From assembly GCA_036848375.1 (NCBI GenBank), contig DAIUKG010000001.1, positions 128,110 through 192,109 of the forward strand: a stretch of DNA of 64,000 bases, written 5' to 3'. Below, piece after piece: positions 21,876 to 34,535 of the stretch. The notes under the pieces are model-generated. The model worked only from the letters and a program-made list of their open reading frames with translations, was not told the origin of the DNA and ran no database searches. Position numbers and translations under genes: made by a program. Positions within the stretch are counted from its first letter, which is position 1, and every line of letters starts with the position of its first letter. This DNA is from Spirochaetota bacterium. GTDB lineage: Bacteria; Spirochaetota; UBA4802; UBA5550.

Positions 21876-24800
21876 TTATGCTTCAATATTCTCCTTTGAA
21901 ATCTCCTCGCCTTCAGGCACTGCTGATTCATCCTGTACTTCCGGCGCGTTGATCCCTTCAAGATCACCGGGCTCATCCTGGTACACATCGACCTGATGGT
22001 AGCGTCGAACGCCGGTTCCGGCGGGGATGAGATGTCCGATGATAACGTTCTCCTTGAGGCCGCGGAGCTGGTCAACTTTCCCCTTGATCGCCGCATCCGT
22101 AAGAACCCGCGTGGTTTCCTGGAATGAAGCGGCTGAAATAAAGGACTCGGTATTCAGCGCGGCCTTGGTAATGCCCATGAGAACCGGGATCGCGGTCGCC
22201 GGTTTTCCACCTTCTTCAAGGACCCGCTCGTTTTCTTCAATAAATTCAAACTTATCGATAATCTGTTCGATCACGAACGAGGTGTCTCCCGGATCGGTAA
22301 GTCTGACTTTTCTCAGCATCTGGCGGACGATGATCTCGATGTGCTTATCATTTATTGAAACACCCTGCAAACGGTATACTTCCTGGATCTCGTTAACCAG
22401 AAACTTCTGGAGCTCCCGTGGTCCCTTGATATCAAGGATTTCATGCGGATCTACCGGACCGTCATCGATTTTTTCGCCCTTGGCGATCCAGTCACCGTCA
22501 CGGACCCTGAGGAACTTCGATACCGGGATCGAATATTCCTTAACCACATTGTCTTCCCCGGTAACGATGATCTTTCTTTTGTTTTTAACCGTATCACCTA
22601 TGGTAACGGTCCCGTCGAGCTCAGAGAGAGATGCCGCGTCCTTGGGAGTGCGCGCCTCAAACAGCTCGGCGACCCTGGGAAGACCACCGGTGATGTCTTT
22701 CGTTTTTTCAGCCCCGCGGGGGATCTTTGCCAGTACAGCGCCGGCATTGACTTCATCTGCATCGGTCACCATCAGGTGCGCGCCCTTGGGAAGCAGATAC
22801 GTGATCGGCTCCTTGGTCGACGATGCAAATATGTTCACCCTTGGCTGAAGCTTTTCGGTTTTATATTCAACAATGACCCGCTTGAGGACGTTCGTCTGAG
22901 GATCGATCTCCTCCCTGAGGCTTTTATTGATCTCGACATCCACGAATTCAACCTTTCCTCTTACTTCAGTAAGGATCGGTTCGAACCAGGGGTCAAATGC
23001 CGCGAGAATTTCATTTCTTTCAAAAAACTTGCCGGCCTTGGCATAAATCTCTGTTCCGACGTTTATTGGCATTGAATAAAAATCACCAAGAATATATACT
23101 TTTCTCTTTTCAAGTTTTACAAATCCGGAATTTTTCGCGAGGATATCTTCTCCGTCATCTCCCCTGGCGATTTTCATGCCTGTATAAACCTTGTCGCCTT
23201 CATTTACCGTGAATTCGACGTCCCCTTTCAGCGGGATTTCGGCGATAACGCGCTGGACGATAAGATAACCGCGGCGAACGGAAATGGTCTTTTTATCTTC
23301 GGTTTTAATGGTCTTCGAGGTAAACTCGCGCACGAAAACCGGATAGTTGAGCCTTAACTCGCTCTCCTCAACAGATCGTGATGCGATTCCGCCGATATGG
23401 AACGTCCTCATCGTGAGCTGGGTTCCGGGCTGACCAATGGACTGCGCGGCAATGATACCCACGGCCTCGCCGATATCAACCGGCCTGGACGTGCCAAGGT
23501 TTCTGCCGTAGCACTTGGCGCAAACGCCGTGGCGCGCTTCACAGGTAAGAACCGAGCGGATCTCTATTGAATCTATGTCGAGCTGATCAACGAGGTCAGC
23601 GATTTCTTCGGTAACGATCTCGTCGGCCTTGCACAGCACTTCACCGGTAACCGGGTGCAGCAGGTCATAAAGCATCGTCCTTCCCAGGGCTCGCGCGCCA
23701 AGGGACTCGATAATGTCATCCCCTTCCTTTATGGCATGAACATCAATACCGACCGTTGTGCCGCAGTCTTCTGTATTGATGACAACGTCCTGGGCGATGT
23801 CAACAAGCCTTCTGGTGAGGTATCCGGCGTCGGCCGTTTTAAGGGCCGTGTCCGCAAGGCCCTTGCGGGCTCCGTTTGTGGATATAAAATATTCCAGAAC
23901 CGTGAGGCCTTCCTTGAAGTTCGCCCTGATGGGAACCTCGATAATTTCACCGCTCGGCTTCGCCATCAGGCCGCGCATTCCGGCGAGCTGACGGATCTGC
24001 TGCTTGCTGCCCCGCGCACCGGACTGCGCCATGACGTAAATCGGATTGAACCCGTTCGCGTTCGTTGAAAGTTCCTCGAACATCTTCTCCGCGATAACTT
24101 CATTGGCGTTGGTCCACAGGTTGATGACCCTGTTGTAACGCTCCTCATCGGTGATGAAACCGTTGCGGTATTCATTCTCTATTGATTCAACCTTTTTGTC
24201 TTCTTCGGTGATGATGTCCTTCTTTACCCTGGGGACAATAATGTCAGACATGGATATGGTCGGAGCGAACCTGGTCGAATACTGGTAGCCGTAATCCTTG
24301 ATGTCATCCAGCATCTTGACCGTAGCATCCGGTCCGTATTTCCTGAGCACGTCGGAGATGATCTTCGAGAGCTCCTTGTCGTTAACCATCCTGTTGACGA
24401 ATTCGTATCCCGGAGGAAGCAGCTTGTTGAATATGAGCCTTCCCGGGGTGGTCTCAACAAACGTGTCGCCCATGAGGAAATTGATTTTACTTCTGAGTTT
24501 GATCTGGCCGTAATCGACACAGCGGTATATGTCAAACTCATCATCGAAGTATTTCCCTTCTCCCGGTGCGCCTTCCCTGAGTGAAGTCAGGTAAAAAATC
24601 CCGAGGACGATGTCCTGCGTCGGCGTGACAACGGGATGCCCGTTCGCCGGCGAGAGCAGGTTGTGGATTGAAAGCATCAACGTCCAGCATTCAAGCTGAG
24701 CGCGCGGAGAAAGCGGGACGTGAACCGCCATCTGGTCGCCGTCGAAGTCAGCGTTGTACGCGTGGCAAACGAGGGGGTGCAGACGAATCGCTTTACCTTC

Positions 24801-26111
24801 AACCAGGATCGGCTCGAAGGCCTGTATTCCCAGGCGGTGAAGGGTCGGGGCGCGGTTGAGCAGCACCGGATGTTCGGATATAACCTCTTCAAGAACTTCC
24901 CATACTTCCGGGCGTTCGTTTTCCACCATCTTCTTTGCGGACTTTATGTTCTGAACGTAATCTTTATCAACGAGCCGTTTCATGATAAACGGCTTGAAAA
25001 GCTCGATGGCCATTTTCTTGGGAAGGCCGCACTGGTAAAGCTTCAGGTCAGGGCCGATAACGATGACCGAGCGTCCCGAATAGTCAACGCGCTTGCCCAG
25101 AAGGTTCTGCCTGAACCTTCCCTGTTTTCCTTTAAGCATATCGCTCAATGACTTGAGCGGCCTGCTTCCTTTGCCCTTGACCGCGCGCTTTCTTCTGCTG
25201 TTGTCAAACAGGGCGTCCACCGCCTCCTGGAGCATTCGTTTCTCGTTGCGCACGATAATCTCGGGCGCGCGCAGCATGAGCAGTCTTTTAAGCCTGTTGT
25301 TGCGGTTGATGACCCTTCGATACAGGTCATTTAGGTCGGATGTCGCGAAGCGCCCGCCGTCAAGCTGTACCATCGGCCTGAGTTCGGGAGGGATAACCGG
25401 AACAACATCAAGGATCATCCAGTCGGGTTTATTGCCCGAATCCCGGAACGCCTCGATGATTTCAAGCCTCTTGATCAGCTTCTTGTCTATTTTCGTCTCT
25501 TTAACGGATTTATTGTGAATATCGGCCCTGAGCTGCCGTGAAGCTTCATCAAGGTCAATGCTTGCCAGAAGCTCCTTTATGGCTGCAGCGCCCATTGAGG
25601 CGTTGAAGGTGTCGCCGTATTTTTCATAAAGCCCGTAGTAGGCTTCTTCATCGAGCACATCTCCGCGCTTGACGTCTTCAACTTCCGCTTCACCCGGATC
25701 GATGACGACATATTTTTCATAGTAGAGTATGGATTTCAGGGAATTGACCGTCATGTCAAGAAGCAGGCCCATGCGTGACGGCACTGACCGGTAATACCAA
25801 ATGTGGGCGACCGGAGCGGCAAGCTCAATATGCCCGCCGCGCTCCCTTCTTACTTTGTAATGGGTAACTTCAACGCCGCAGCGGTCGCAGATGACCCCCT
25901 TGTAGCGGATCGATTTGAACTTACCGCAATAGCATTCCCATTCCTTGGTTGTACCGAATATCTTTTCGCAGAAAAGGCCGTCCCTTTCCGGCTTGAGCGT
26001 CCGGTAATTTATTGTTTCGGGCTTTTTTACCTCGCCGTACGACCATTCCCTGATCATGTCCGGAGAAGCAAGTTTAATCTGGATTGAACTAAAATCGTTA
26101 AAGTCCCTCAT
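21876..26111 (-). CDS. rpoC: DNA-directed RNA polymerase subunit beta'
   Basis: 1411 aa; [12 protein letters not shown] catalytic motif, zinc-binding CxxC N-terminus. Confidence 0.97.
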   Translation of the reverse strand: MRDFNDFSSIQIKLASPDMIREWSYGEVKKPETINYRTLKPERDGLFCEKIFGTTKEWECYCGKFKSIRYKGVICDRCGVEVTHYKVRRERGGHIELAAPVAHIWYYRSVPSRMGLLLDMTVNSLKSILYYEKYVVIDPGEAEVEDVKRGDVLDEEAYYGLYEKYGDTFNASMGAAAIKELLASIDLDEASRQLRADIHNKSVKETKIDKKLIKRLEIIEAFRDSGNKPDWMILDVVPVIPPELRPMVQLDGGRFATSDLNDLYRRVINRNNRLKRLLMLRAPEIIVRNEKRMLQEAVDALFDNSRRKRAVKGKGSRPLKSLSDMLKGKQGRFRQNLLGKRVDYSGRSVIVIGPDLKLYQCGLPKKMAIELFKPFIMKRLVDKDYVQNIKSAKKMVENERPEVWEVLEEVISEHPVLLNRAPTLHRLGIQAFEPILVEGKAIRLHPLVCHAYNADFDGDQMAVHVPLSPRAQLECWTLMLSIHNLLSPANGHPVVTPTQDIVLGIFYLTSLREGAPGEGKYFDDEFDIYRCVDYGQIKLRSKINFLMGDTFVETTPGRLIFNKLLPPGYEFVNRMVNDKELSKIISDVLRKYGPDATVKMLDDIKDYGYQYSTRFAPTISMSDIIVPRVKKDIITEEDKKVESIENEYRNGFITDEERYNRVINLWTNANEVIAEKMFEELSTNANGFNPIYVMAQSGARGSKQQIRQLAGMRGLMAKPSGEIIEVPIRANFKEGLTVLEYFISTNGARKGLADTALKTADAGYLTRRLVDIAQDVVINTEDCGTTVGIDVHAIKEGDDIIESLGARALGRTMLYDLLHPVTGEVLCKADEIVTEEIADLVDQLDIDSIEIRSVLTCEARHGVCAKCYGRNLGTSRPVDIGEAVGIIAAQSIGQPGTQLTMRTFHIGGIASRSVEESELRLNYPVFVREFTSKTIKTEDKKTISVRRGYLIVQRVIAEIPLKGDVEFTVNEGDKVYTGMKIARGDDGEDILAKNSGFVKLEKRKVYILGDFYSMPINVGTEIYAKAGKFFERNEILAAFDPWFEPILTEVRGKVEFVDVEINKSLREEIDPQTNVLKRVIVEYKTEKLQPRVNIFASSTKEPITYLLPKGAHLMVTDADEVNAGAVLAKIPRGAEKTKDITGGLPRVAELFEARTPKDAASLSELDGTVTIGDTVKNKRKIIVTGEDNVVKEYSIPVSKFLRVRDGDWIAKGEKIDDGPVDPHEILDIKGPRELQKFLVNEIQEVYRLQGVSINDKHIEIIVRQMLRKVRLTDPGDTSFVIEQIIDKFEFIEENERVLEEGGKPATAIPVLMGITKAALNTESFISAASFQETTRVLTDAAIKGKVDQLRGLKENVIIGHLIPAGTGVRRYHQVDVYQDEPGDLEGINAPEVQDESAVPEGEEISKENIEA

Positions 26112-26128
26112 AATTTCATCCTTGCAAA

Positions 26129-29100
26129 TTAAATATTCTGTAATGAATCGAGCTTAATTCGCTTTTTGGGCTTATTAAAGCCTTCACTCCACTCGGAAAG
26201 GCTTATCTCGTTGCCGGCATCGTCGTAAATCCTCACGTCAAGAGCGAGACCACGCAGCTCCTGGATAAGAACGTTAAACGATTCCGGAATGCCGGGCGAT
26301 GTTGTGTTGATGCCTTTAACGATCGCCTCGTAAATCCTGGCGCGGCCGAGCATATCATCCGACTTGACCGTGAGCAGCTCCTGAAGCGTGTACGCCGCAC
26401 CATACGCCTCGAGCGCCCACACTTCCATCTCTCCTAGCCGCTGGCCACCAAACTGGGCTTTTCCGCCGAGAGGCTGCTGGGTAACCAGAGAATAAGGCCC
26501 TGTTGACCGTGCGTGAATTTTATCGTCAACCATGTGGGCCAGCTTCATCATGTAAATCTTGCCCACCATTACTTCCTGCTCAAAGGGGACACCCGTGCGT
26601 CCGTCATAGAGCACGCTCTTGGACGTTTCGGGAAGGCCCGATTTTTTCAGGTAATCAATAATGTCTTCCTCTTCCGCGCCGTCAAAGATGGGGGTCTCCA
26701 CCATCACATCAAGCTTTTCGGCCGCCCATCCGAGCTCCGTTTCAAGCAGCTGTCCCAGGTTCATTCGCGAAGGGACCGAGAGCGGGTTGAGCACGATGTC
26801 AACCGGTGTCCCGTCAGGAAGGTACGGCATGTCATAGGGCGGGGCGATCCTTGAAATAACGCCCTTGTTGCCGTGGCGGCCGGCCATTTTATCGCCGACC
26901 GAGATCTTGCGTTTGTCAGCAATATATACTTTTACCAGGTCTTCAACTCCGGGAGAAAGCTCATCGCCGTTTTCCCGTGAAAAACGCTTCACGTCGACCA
27001 CGATCCCTTCAACACCGTTGGGCACCCTGAGGGAAGTGTCCCTGACCTCGCGCGCTTTTTCGCCGAAGATCGAATGAAGAAGTTTGTATTCCGGGGTGAG
27101 GTCCTGCTCTCCCTTGGGAGTGACCTTTCCGACAAGGATGTCATCCGGCTGCACGTACGCGCCGACACGGACAACACCTTCAGCATCGAGGTCCCGGAAG
27201 GCCTTTTCGCTCAGGTTCGGGATGTCCCGCGTTATGGTTTCACGACCGAGTTTGGTTTCGCGCGCTTCAACTTCAAACTGCTCAATGTGGATGGAGGTGT
27301 AAGAGTCCTCTTCGACCAGGCGCTCAGAAATGAGAATGGCGTCCTCGAAGTTGTATCCCATCCAGGGCATGAATGCCACAAGGATGTTTTTACCCAGAGC
27401 GAGCCGGCCGTTATCCGTGGCAGGGCCGTCGGCGATGACATCGCCAACCTTGATCTTCTGGCCTTCAACCACAACCGGCCGCTGATTGAAGCAGGTCCCC
27501 TGGTTGGTTCTCTTGTATTTCTGAAGCTGGTACTCGTCAATTTCACCGGCCGTGTTTTTTACTTTGACCACTTTGGCATCTGCATAGGTAACTTCACCGG
27601 CCCTGTCAGCAATGACCAGAACACCGGAATCATAGGCCGCGGCGGGCTCCATCCCCGTTCCTATAAGAGGCGCCTCTTCAGTAAGCAGGGGCACTGCCTG
27701 GCGCTGCATGTTCGATCCCATGAGTGCCCTGTTCGCGTCGTCATGCTCAAGAAACGGGATAAGGCAGGTCGACACCGAAAAGATCTGGGTAGGTGAAACG
27801 TCCATGTACTGTACTTCCTTGGGCTTTTTGTAAGGGAAGTTTCCTCGGTTCCTGGTGGGGATCATGCTCTTTACGAAGCTCCCGTCGTCAGAGAGCTCCG
27901 CGTTCGCCTGCGCGATGAAATAACTGTCCTCGATATTCGCGGTGAGGTATTCAACAGTGTCCGTGACTTTTCCCTTTTCAACCTTGCGGTATGGCGTTTC
28001 AAGAAAACCGTAGTCATTGATGCGCCCGAATGTACTGAGTGAAACGATGAGGCCGATATTCGGTCCCTCAGGAGTTTCAATAGGGCACATCCTTCCGTAA
28101 TGGGAAGGGTGAACGTCCCGGACTTCAAATCCTGCGCGCTCGCGCGAAAGGCCGCCGGGACCGAGCGCATTCAGCCTTCGCTTATGGGTAAGCTCCGCGA
28201 GCGGGTTGGTCTGGTCCATAAACTGTGAAAGCTGGCTGGAACCGAAGAATTCATTGATCACGGCCGATATCGGCTTAATACTGATAAGGGCCTGCGGTGT
28301 TATCACGTCAAGGTCCTGGATCGTCATCCGCTCCTTGATCACCCGCTCCATTCGCTGGAACCCTACCTTGATCTGGTTCATGATGAGTTCCCCAACTGAT
28401 CGGACGCGCCGGTTGCCCAGGTGGTCAATATCGTCAACGATGGTGGGCACAAAGCGTTTCGCCTTCTTCCCGCTTTCGTCTTTGTATTCTGTTTCATAAC
28501 CGTCAGCTTCAGCTATCAGATAGAGAATATATTTAACCGTATAAATGATATCTTCCTTGGTAAGGGTCAATTCACTGAGGCCCTTGAGGCCGAACTTCTC
28601 GTTTATTTTATACCTTCCCACATCACCGAGGCTGTAGGTTCGGGGATTAAAGAAAAGCCGGTCAAGCTCGTTTCGCGCGTTCTCAATATTCGTCGGTTCA
28701 CCGGGCCTCATGATCGCGTGAATCGCCAGAAGCGAAAGGTCGGATGATTTGTACCCTTCACTTTCGTCAACCTTGAGATTCTTTTTAATGAATTCCTTCT
28801 CCATTTCAAGTGTTGCGCTGAGGTAGGAATCTTCTTTATTGTTGGGAAAATCAATTATCTCAACTTCTTTTATCCCCTCGTCACGGATACGGTCGATAAT
28901 ATCGATATTGATCCGCTCACCGACTTCAATAACCACTTCACCGGTGCTTTTACTTATGGCGTCTTTGGCAACACGCTTACCGTTGAGAAGGCGATAATCA
29001 TCCTCACTTTCGAGCTTTACTTTTTTCGTGTCGTAAAAAAGCTTAACGATTTCTTCGTCAGATTCATAACCGAGCGCTTTTACCAGGAGCGTCACCGGGA

Positions 29101-29662
29101 ACTTCTTTTTCCTGTCGATCCGGGCAATTATATAGCCCTTGGTATCCATTTCAAATTCAAGCCATGAACCGCGGTCAGGAATTACGCGCGCATTGTAAAT
29201 ACGCTCATCCTCCTCGAAAAAGAAAAAGATGCCGGGAGAACGATGGAGCTGGTTAACAACGACCCGCTCCGCTCCATTGATAATAAACGTCCCCCTTCGC
29301 GTCATCAGGGGGATATCGCCCATATAAACCGACTGTTCGCGGACTTCCATGCTGTCTTTTCGGATAAGACGAATTGTCGCTTTCAGGGGAGCGGCATAGG
29401 TAACATCGCGCTCTTTGCATTCATATTCGGAGTATTTCGGGTCGCCGATTTCATATTCCTTGAATTCAAGGACAACATCTTCATGGGGACTTTCAATCGG
29501 AAAAATTTCCTCAAAAACAGCCTGGAGACCCTGATTCTTCCTTTTTGATGTATCAGACTGCAAAAACCACTCATATGACTTGAGTTGTATTTCAATCAGA
29601 TTTGGAAGATTAATGCTTGACTTGATCTTTCCAAAGTTAATTACTTTTTTACCTTTTTGCAT
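26129..29662 (-). CDS. rpoB: DNA-directed RNA polymerase subunit beta
   Basis: 1177 aa; conserved rifampicin-cluster and catalytic regions; 17-nt gap to rpoC. Confidence 0.97.
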   Translation of the reverse strand: MQKGKKVINFGKIKSSINLPNLIEIQLKSYEWFLQSDTSKRKNQGLQAVFEEIFPIESPHEDVVLEFKEYEIGDPKYSEYECKERDVTYAAPLKATIRLIRKDSMEVREQSVYMGDIPLMTRRGTFIINGAERVVVNQLHRSPGIFFFFEEDERIYNARVIPDRGSWLEFEMDTKGYIIARIDRKKKFPVTLLVKALGYESDEEIVKLFYDTKKVKLESEDDYRLLNGKRVAKDAISKSTGEVVIEVGERINIDIIDRIRDEGIKEVEIIDFPNNKEDSYLSATLEMEKEFIKKNLKVDESEGYKSSDLSLLAIHAIMRPGEPTNIENARNELDRLFFNPRTYSLGDVGRYKINEKFGLKGLSELTLTKEDIIYTVKYILYLIAEADGYETEYKDESGKKAKRFVPTIVDDIDHLGNRRVRSVGELIMNQIKVGFQRMERVIKERMTIQDLDVITPQALISIKPISAVINEFFGSSQLSQFMDQTNPLAELTHKRRLNALGPGGLSRERAGFEVRDVHPSHYGRMCPIETPEGPNIGLIVSLSTFGRINDYGFLETPYRKVEKGKVTDTVEYLTANIEDSYFIAQANAELSDDGSFVKSMIPTRNRGNFPYKKPKEVQYMDVSPTQIFSVSTCLIPFLEHDDANRALMGSNMQRQAVPLLTEEAPLIGTGMEPAAAYDSGVLVIADRAGEVTYADAKVVKVKNTAGEIDEYQLQKYKRTNQGTCFNQRPVVVEGQKIKVGDVIADGPATDNGRLALGKNILVAFMPWMGYNFEDAILISERLVEEDSYTSIHIEQFEVEARETKLGRETITRDIPNLSEKAFRDLDAEGVVRVGAYVQPDDILVGKVTPKGEQDLTPEYKLLHSIFGEKAREVRDTSLRVPNGVEGIVVDVKRFSRENGDELSPGVEDLVKVYIADKRKISVGDKMAGRHGNKGVISRIAPPYDMPYLPDGTPVDIVLNPLSVPSRMNLGQLLETELGWAAEKLDVMVETPIFDGAEEEDIIDYLKKSGLPETSKSVLYDGRTGVPFEQEVMVGKIYMMKLAHMVDDKIHARSTGPYSLVTQQPLGGKAQFGGQRLGEMEVWALEAYGAAYTLQELLTVKSDDMLGRARIYEAIVKGINTTSPGIPESFNVLIQELRGLALDVRIYDDAGNEISLSEWSEGFNKPKKRIKLDSLQNI

Positions 29663-29977
29663 GGATACCTTTACCCTACATTAAATTTAAAATGTATGCC
29701 ATATAATAAATGAGATAAGAATATGTCCTCATGTGTACACCAACCGGAAAGCTGGAAAACGAATGAAAAAAAGGGATAACATCAATAATTTTGATATTCA
29801 TGTATAATCAGATTACTACTTTATATAAATAAAACAAAGGAGTATTTTCCATAAAAACATCAGTTACTTTCTGGATTTTTTTTAAAACGGTTGTATTCAT
29901 AGATATAAAGTTGAAGAGTACCCGGGATTCAGTAAATTAATACGCCCACGTTCCTGACTAATAATTTAAAACAGCAA

Positions 29978-30007
29978 TAGGTTTGATCGCAAAGGCGATC
30001 AAACCTA
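29978..30007 (-). terminator. rplL-rpoB intergenic attenuator/terminator hairpin
   Basis: 13-bp perfect stem TAGGTTTGATCGC-AAAG-GCGATCAAACCTA, ~50 nt after the rplL stop; minus-strand tail UUGCUGUUUUAAAUU; a classic position for the partial terminator ahead of rpoB. Confidence 0.6.
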
Positions 30008-30055
30008 TTTTCTCTACAGTATCATCTAAATGTAAACGGGATAAGAATTACTTGT

Positions 30056-30436
30056 TTACTTGACTTCAACAGTAGCTCCAGCCCCTTCAAGTTGTTCTTT
30101 GATCTGCTGTGCTTCTTCTTTGGAAACCTTTTCTTTAACAGCCTGACCGCCCGCTTCAACAAGTTCTTTTGCTTCTTTAAGCCCGAGATTGGTTATTGCC
30201 CGTACTTCTTTAATGACCGCAACTTTATTGTCTCCAAAACCGGTAAGAATTACGTCAAATTCGGTTTTTTCTTCAACAGCGGCAGCGCTTTCGCCCGCGG
30301 GAGCAGCAGCAACGGCAACAGGAGCGGCTGCGGAAATGCCGAATTTGTCTTCCATGGCTTTGACAAGTTCAGCTGCCTCTATGAGGGTCAGACTGCCAAT
30401 CGCGTCCAGAAGTTCTTCAATACTGAGTTTAGCCAT
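30056..30436 (-). CDS. rplL: 50S ribosomal protein L7/L12
   Basis: 126 aa; Ala-rich hinge, C-terminal [20 protein letters not shown] domain. Confidence 0.97.
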   Translation of the reverse strand: MAKLSIEELLDAIGSLTLIEAAELVKAMEDKFGISAAAPVAVAAAPAGESAAAVEEKTEFDVILTGFGDNKVAVIKEVRAITNLGLKEAKELVEAGGQAVKEKVSKEEAQQIKEQLEGAGATVEVK

Positions 30437-30579
30437 TTTTTTCTCCTTTATAATTATTGAATTTCTTCAAGTTAATGCGTTTATCGCAAAAACCTATAAA
30501 GGGAAAAAAGCTTTGTATCCTCCGTGAATATAGATCACTGCTTCAGGATAAGAAACTTTTTTTCCACCTTTTTACTTAG

Positions 30580-31098
30580 TTAGTTGTTCTGTGCTTCAGC
30601 AACAGCATTTATTCCCCTGGCCAGAGATGCCATGATCTGGTTCATACCCATTGCGATATAAGTCGCAGGGGCATTAATCATTGACATTGTCTGGGAAAGA
30701 AGCACTTCTTTTGAAGGCAGATCGGCAATTCGCTTAATCTGGTCTTCAACATAAAGTGTATTATCGAGAATACCAATGCTGTATGAAAAATTTTCCTGGT
30801 CTTTTGCGAAATCTTTTAATATCTTCGCAATTTCACCGATTTCATCCTTAAGAAAGGTGACGCCAATAGGTCCCTTTATATAATCCTGGAACCCTTCATA
30901 ACCGCTTTTTTCAAGGGCAAGCTTTAAAAGATTGTTTTTTACAACCTTGTAGTCGGCATTTTTTTCCCGCAGCTTTCTTCTTAATACGCTGAGGCCGGCG
31001 ACTGAAACACCCGAATAATCCGTTAAAATTATGTTATTCTTCTCTTTGAGTTTCTCAACGAGATTATTGACTTCATCAACTTTATATTGCTTAATCAT
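30580..31098 (-). CDS. rplJ: 50S ribosomal protein L10
   Basis: 172 aa; the start overlaps the rplA stop (TAATG). Confidence 0.93.
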   Translation of the reverse strand: MIKQYKVDEVNNLVEKLKEKNNIILTDYSGVSVAGLSVLRRKLREKNADYKVVKNNLLKLALEKSGYEGFQDYIKGPIGVTFLKDEIGEIAKILKDFAKDQENFSYSIGILDNTLYVEDQIKRIADLPSKEVLLSQTMSMINAPATYIAMGMNQIMASLARGINAVAEAQNN

Positions 31099-31787
31099 TA
31101 TTTTTCAATCCCCTTATGATTGATTTTAATGCCAGGCCCCATTGATGAACTGATATGGACCGATTTAATGTAATTTCCCTTGGCATCCGAAGGTTTGTCT
31201 TTTATTATCTGGTTGTAAAATGATTTAATATTTGATGCAATTGAAGCATCATCAAAAGTGATTTTGCCCACAATCATGTGAATAACACCTGTTTTATCAG
31301 CGCGGTATTCAACACGTCCGCCTTTCAGCTCTTTCACGATCCCCTTAATGTCATCGGTGACCGTTCCCGATTTCGGTTTTGGCATCAGGCCCTTTCTGCC
31401 GAGAACCTGGCCAAGCTTTCCAACTTCCTTCATCATGTCAGGAGTGGCGACAACGGCCTGATAATCGACCCATCCGCCCTTGATCTTTTCAATAATATCT
31501 TCAGCTCCGACATAATCAGCACCGGCTTCAAGGGCTTCCTTCTGTTTGTCACCTTTGCAGATAACCAGAACTTTTTTCTCTTTACCGGTTCCCGCAGGAA
31601 GAGTTGCGGTTCCCCTGATATTCTGATAGCTCTTATGCACAACTTTAACAGACATGTCAACAGACTCGTTAAACTTAACGAATTTATTGTCCTTCATTAT
31701 TTTAACCGCTTCATCAACACTGTAAAGATTTGACTTGTCAACTTTTGACCGAGCTTCAACTATTTTCTTTCCCCGTTTCATATGCAA
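31098..31787 (-). CDS. rplA: 50S ribosomal protein L1
   Basis: 229 aa; conserved uL1 fold motifs. Confidence 0.96.
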   Translation of the reverse strand: MHMKRGKKIVEARSKVDKSNLYSVDEAVKIMKDNKFVKFNESVDMSVKVVHKSYQNIRGTATLPAGTGKEKKVLVICKGDKQKEALEAGADYVGAEDIIEKIKGGWVDYQAVVATPDMMKEVGKLGQVLGRKGLMPKPKSGTVTDDIKGIVKELKGGRVEYRADKTGVIHMIVGKITFDDASIASNIKSFYNQIIKDKPSDAKGNYIKSVHISSSMGPGIKINHKGIEK

Positions 31788-31811
31788 TTCCTCTTATTAT
31801 CACGCATTGTA

Positions 31812-32246
31812 TCAGTTAACCACGTCTACACCCATTGATCGCGCAGTACCGGCTATAATGTTCACCGCCGCATCCAGATCGTTTGCATTAAGGTCAGGCA
31901 TTTTCAGTTTCGCGATCTCTTCAAGCTGGGCCCGGGAAATGGAACCGGCTTTGGTTTTATTGGGTTCACTTGATCCCTTTTCAAGCTTCAATGCTTTCTG
32001 TATAAGGACCGAAGCAGGAGGAGTTTTAACAATAAAAGTATAGGTCCTGTCTTCATATACTGTTATAATAATAGGAAGGATGGTTCCCATCTGATCCTTG
32101 GTCCGCTCGTTAAAAGCTTTACAGAAATCCATTATATTAAGACCATGCTGACCAAGAGCAGGCCCGACCGGAGGTGCAGGATTGGCCTGACCGCCGGGAA
32201 TCTGCAGTTTTATTTGCACCATTACTTTTTTCTTTTTCTCTGCCAT
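31812..32246 (-). CDS. rplK: 50S ribosomal protein L11
   Basis: 144 aa; [11 protein letters not shown] motif of uL11. Confidence 0.97.
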   Translation of the reverse strand: MAEKKKKVMVQIKLQIPGGQANPAPPVGPALGQHGLNIMDFCKAFNERTKDQMGTILPIIITVYEDRTYTFIVKTPPASVLIQKALKLEKGSSEPNKTKAGSISRAQLEEIAKLKMPDLNANDLDAAVNIIAGTARSMGVDVVN

Positions 32247-32277
32247 TGCCGTTCCTCAAAAACAAATATTCACGATA

Positions 32278-32856
32278 TTATATTTTACCAACCTGTAAAA
32301 AATCAAGCTCAACCGGTGTTCCTCTTCCGAATATCTCGACCTTAACCCTCAGGCGGCCTTTATCCGGGTAAACTTCCTCAACAACACCGCTGAAATTGCT
32401 GAATGGGCCATCAATAACTTTGATGTGTTCACCCACGGAAAAATCCATAACAGCGGAGGTCACTTTTTCTTTTGTCTTCTGTTCACCCATCTGGTCAAAA
32501 AGAGAATTGACTTCGTCACGTGACAGAGGCTTCGGTTTGGATGTTTCAAAGGATGACCCAAACGCACCAACAAAATTCGTGACACCGGGTATATTTTTAA
32601 CGAAACTCCAGGTTTCGTCGTCCATATCCATTTCAATTAATACATAACCGGGAAAAAATTTCTTCGACTTTACCCTTTTTTTCCCGTCCTTTACTTCAGG
32701 CACTTCAACAGTAGGAATTTTTACCTGCTTAATTTTCGACTGAAGGCGCGACTGCCTTTCAGGGTCTGTTTCATTTTCAATTTTCTTTTCCAGGGCGAGC
32801 TTAACTTTGTTCTCATGACCTGAAAAAGTATGGATGACGTACCATTCCTTTGCCAT
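32278..32856 (-). CDS. nusG: transcription termination/antitermination factor NusG
   Basis: 192 aa; NGN domain N-terminus (WYVIHTFSGHENKV) and C-terminal KOW domain. Confidence 0.95.
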   Translation of the reverse strand: MAKEWYVIHTFSGHENKVKLALEKKIENETDPERQSRLQSKIKQVKIPTVEVPEVKDGKKRVKSKKFFPGYVLIEMDMDDETWSFVKNIPGVTNFVGAFGSSFETSKPKPLSRDEVNSLFDQMGEQKTKEKVTSAVMDFSVGEHIKVIDGPFSNFSGVVEEVYPDKGRLRVKVEIFGRGTPVELDFLQVGKI

Positions 32857-32859
32857 AAA

Positions 32860-33042
32860 TTATCTCAATACCACTTTTATTAACGCCATTAATCCGGTAT
32901 CAATAAGCCATAAAAAAATTGAAATAAAGACCACTGTCACCACAACAACGATAGTAAAGCTGGTGACTTCATCACGATTCGGCCACGTAACTTTACGCAA
33001 CTCTTCTTTAGACTCACGGATAAATTGAAGAACCTCTTTCAC
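32860..33042 (-). CDS. secE: preprotein translocase subunit SecE (GTG start)
   Basis: 60 aa; single C-terminal TM; KVTWPNRDEV motif; immediately upstream of nusG. Confidence 0.9.
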   Translation of the reverse strand: MKEVLQFIRESKEELRKVTWPNRDEVTSFTIVVVVTVVFISIFLWLIDTGLMALIKVVLR

Positions 33043-33065
33043 CGTAGCACCTGTACCAGGAGTGA

Positions 33066-33218
33066 TTATGCCTTCGTCTCTTTATGCAGCGTATGCTTAT
33101 TACAAAACTTGCAATATTTTTTAACTTCCAGCTTACCGGTCTGGTTCTTTTTATTCTTTGTAGTTGAATAATTCTTCCTTTTACATTCCTGACAGGCAAT
33201 TAAAATTATATCTCGCAT
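33066..33218 (-). CDS. rpmG: 50S ribosomal protein L33
   Basis: hand translation in another frame of the region the track reads as ORF 33014..33199: [50 protein letters not shown] (50 aa), with the CxxC...CxxC zinc ribbon of bL33. Confidence 0.88.
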   Translation of the reverse strand: MRDIILIACQECKRKNYSTTKNKKNQTGKLEVKKYCKFCNKHTLHKETKA

Positions 33219-33347
33219 ACCACAAGACCTACTTATTTTGGATTAAAATATGAGCAACCTAAGGATAATACTATATCAGTCAAGTATTTTAATTAAAAAA
33301 TATATTATTTCATTAAATTTTATTAGCTTTCAGCCCCGCCCCAGATG

Positions 33348-33420
33348 AGCCCACGACCAGAATCGAACTGGTGACCTTTTGCTTACCATGCAAATGCTCT
33401 ACCGACTGAGCTACGTGGGC
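33348..33420 (-). tRNA. tRNA-Thr (anticodon GGU)
   Basis: cloverleaf read by hand: acceptor GCCCACG/CGTGGGC, D arm GCTCAGTCGGTAGAGC, anticodon stem TTTGC/GCAAA with loop ATGGTAA, T arm ACCAGTTCGATTCTGGT; 73 nt; CCA not encoded. Confidence 0.85.
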
Positions 33421-33433
33421 AGAAGTAGAGTGT

Positions 33434-33463
33434 AATATAGTTATCACACCCTTTTTTTGTCAA
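33434..33463 (-). promoter_or_regulatory. candidate promoter for the tRNA-Thr-rpmG-secE-nusG unit (TTGACA-18-TATATT)
   Basis: perfect -35 and a good -10 located ~15 nt upstream of the tRNA 5' end. Confidence 0.45.
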
Positions 33464-33492
33464 TAAAATAATTCACATTTATCATTACTGAC

Positions 33493-33534
33493 AAAAAAAA
33501 GCAGGGATCACCCCGAAAGCGGCATGATCCCTGC
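33493..33534 (-). terminator. rho-independent terminator downstream of rlpA
   Basis: 9-bp stem GCAGGGATC...GATCCCTGC followed on the minus strand by UUUUUUUU. Confidence 0.6.
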
Positions 33535-33557
33535 TTGATATTTTCTATTATTATTGG

Positions 33558-34535
33558 TTATTCCCTGCTATCCAGAATAAAGGATGAGATATTTTCTTCC
33601 GAAAGCCTTCTTTTATGATTTGCAGCTTCTTCTCTGCTGGTAATGCCTTCAATACGGACTTTAAACATGTCATCATCCTGAATGATAACAACAGATCTCC
33701 CGGTAAGAGATTCGAGTCTTTTTTGAAGGTTCAGCGCATTTTTTCGAGAGTAAAAGGCTCCGGCCTGTATTGAAAATCTGCCGGTATCTTTCTGGTAGTT
33801 TTCATATTCCGCAGAATCGTCGGCAACAGGTTCAATGTAACGCCCGTCATCCCCGTCGACTTCATTGGAAGAATGATATTTACCGTCACCTTTTTTTAAT
33901 ATGCTGATCCCCACGTTCCCCTGACCCTGGGCAAGTATCCCAATCTTTTTTGCAGCATTATAAGAGAGATCAATAATCCTGTTGCCCCTGTATGGGCCCC
34001 GGTCATTAATTCTTACTGTTGCTTCCTTGCCATTTTCAAGGTTTTTAATAAGGAGTATCGTGCCAAATGGAAGGCTTTTATGTGCGGCAGTCATTTCATA
34101 CATATTAAATTTTTCACCTGACGCAGTCACTTTGCCATGAAATTCCCTTCCATACCATGAGGCTGTTCCTTTTTGATAATAATTAGACTGTCTTCCATAA
34201 TAATTACTATCCCGGTTATTTCCCTCTTCTTCATCATATCGGAAGTTATCATCTTCCCTTATTTCCTGAGCGATCCCTTTCCCATTCGAGGCACCTCTTT
34301 CATCCTCCATATCCTGTTCGCCATTAAAGGTCACATTTTCATTATCATAGTCCCGCTGTTCCTTTGAATAATCGCTCCTGTCGGAATACCGTGCAGAGTT
34401 CTTGCCTCGTGAATCATTATATCTCTGATATTCCCCGTCCCTTCTTGTTTGAGCCTTGCCGGGAGCACAGCCTATCAACAAAAAAACCATCAATAAAAAA
34501 CTGGAAATAGCTGTTATATCCCTGAAGAATTTCAT
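33558..34535 (-). CDS. rlpA: septal ring lytic transglycosylase RlpA-family lipoprotein (DPBB + C-terminal SPOR domain)
   Basis: start placed at MKFFRDITAISSFLLMVFLLIGC (lipobox, GGAGG SD) rather than the 107-codon upstream extension; DPBB core (FNMYEMTAAHKSLPFGT...RINDRGPY) and SPOR-like C-terminus. Confidence 0.8.
   Translation of the reverse strand: MKFFRDITAISSFLLMVFLLIGCAPGKAQTRRDGEYQRYNDSRGKNSARYSDRSDYSKEQRDYDNENVTFNGEQDMEDERGASNGKGIAQEIREDDNFRYDEEEGNNRDSNYYGRQSNYYQKGTASWYGREFHGKVTASGEKFNMYEMTAAHKSLPFGTILLIKNLENGKEATVRINDRGPYRGNRIIDLSYNAAKKIGILAQGQGNVGISILKKGDGKYHSSNEVDGDDGRYIEPVADDSAEYENYQKDTGRFSIQAGAFYSRKNALNLQKRLESLTGRSVVIIQDDDMFKVRIEGITSREEAANHKRRLSEENISSFILDSRE

Noticed and set aside
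22027-22848. 273-aa plus-strand ORF (and many others of 60-250 aa) antisense to rpoC, rpoB, fusA and clpB
   Set aside because: They lie entirely within highly conserved minus-strand genes, are low-complexity Ser/Pro/Arg-rich translations typical of the antisense frame of GC-richer coding DNA, and have no SD or start context.
33014-33199. 61-aa minus-strand ORF from the track between secE and the tRNA
   Set aside because: A different frame of the same region encodes a textbook 50-aa L33 (rpmG) with its CxxC...CxxC zinc ribbon; the track ORF is the out-of-frame shadow.
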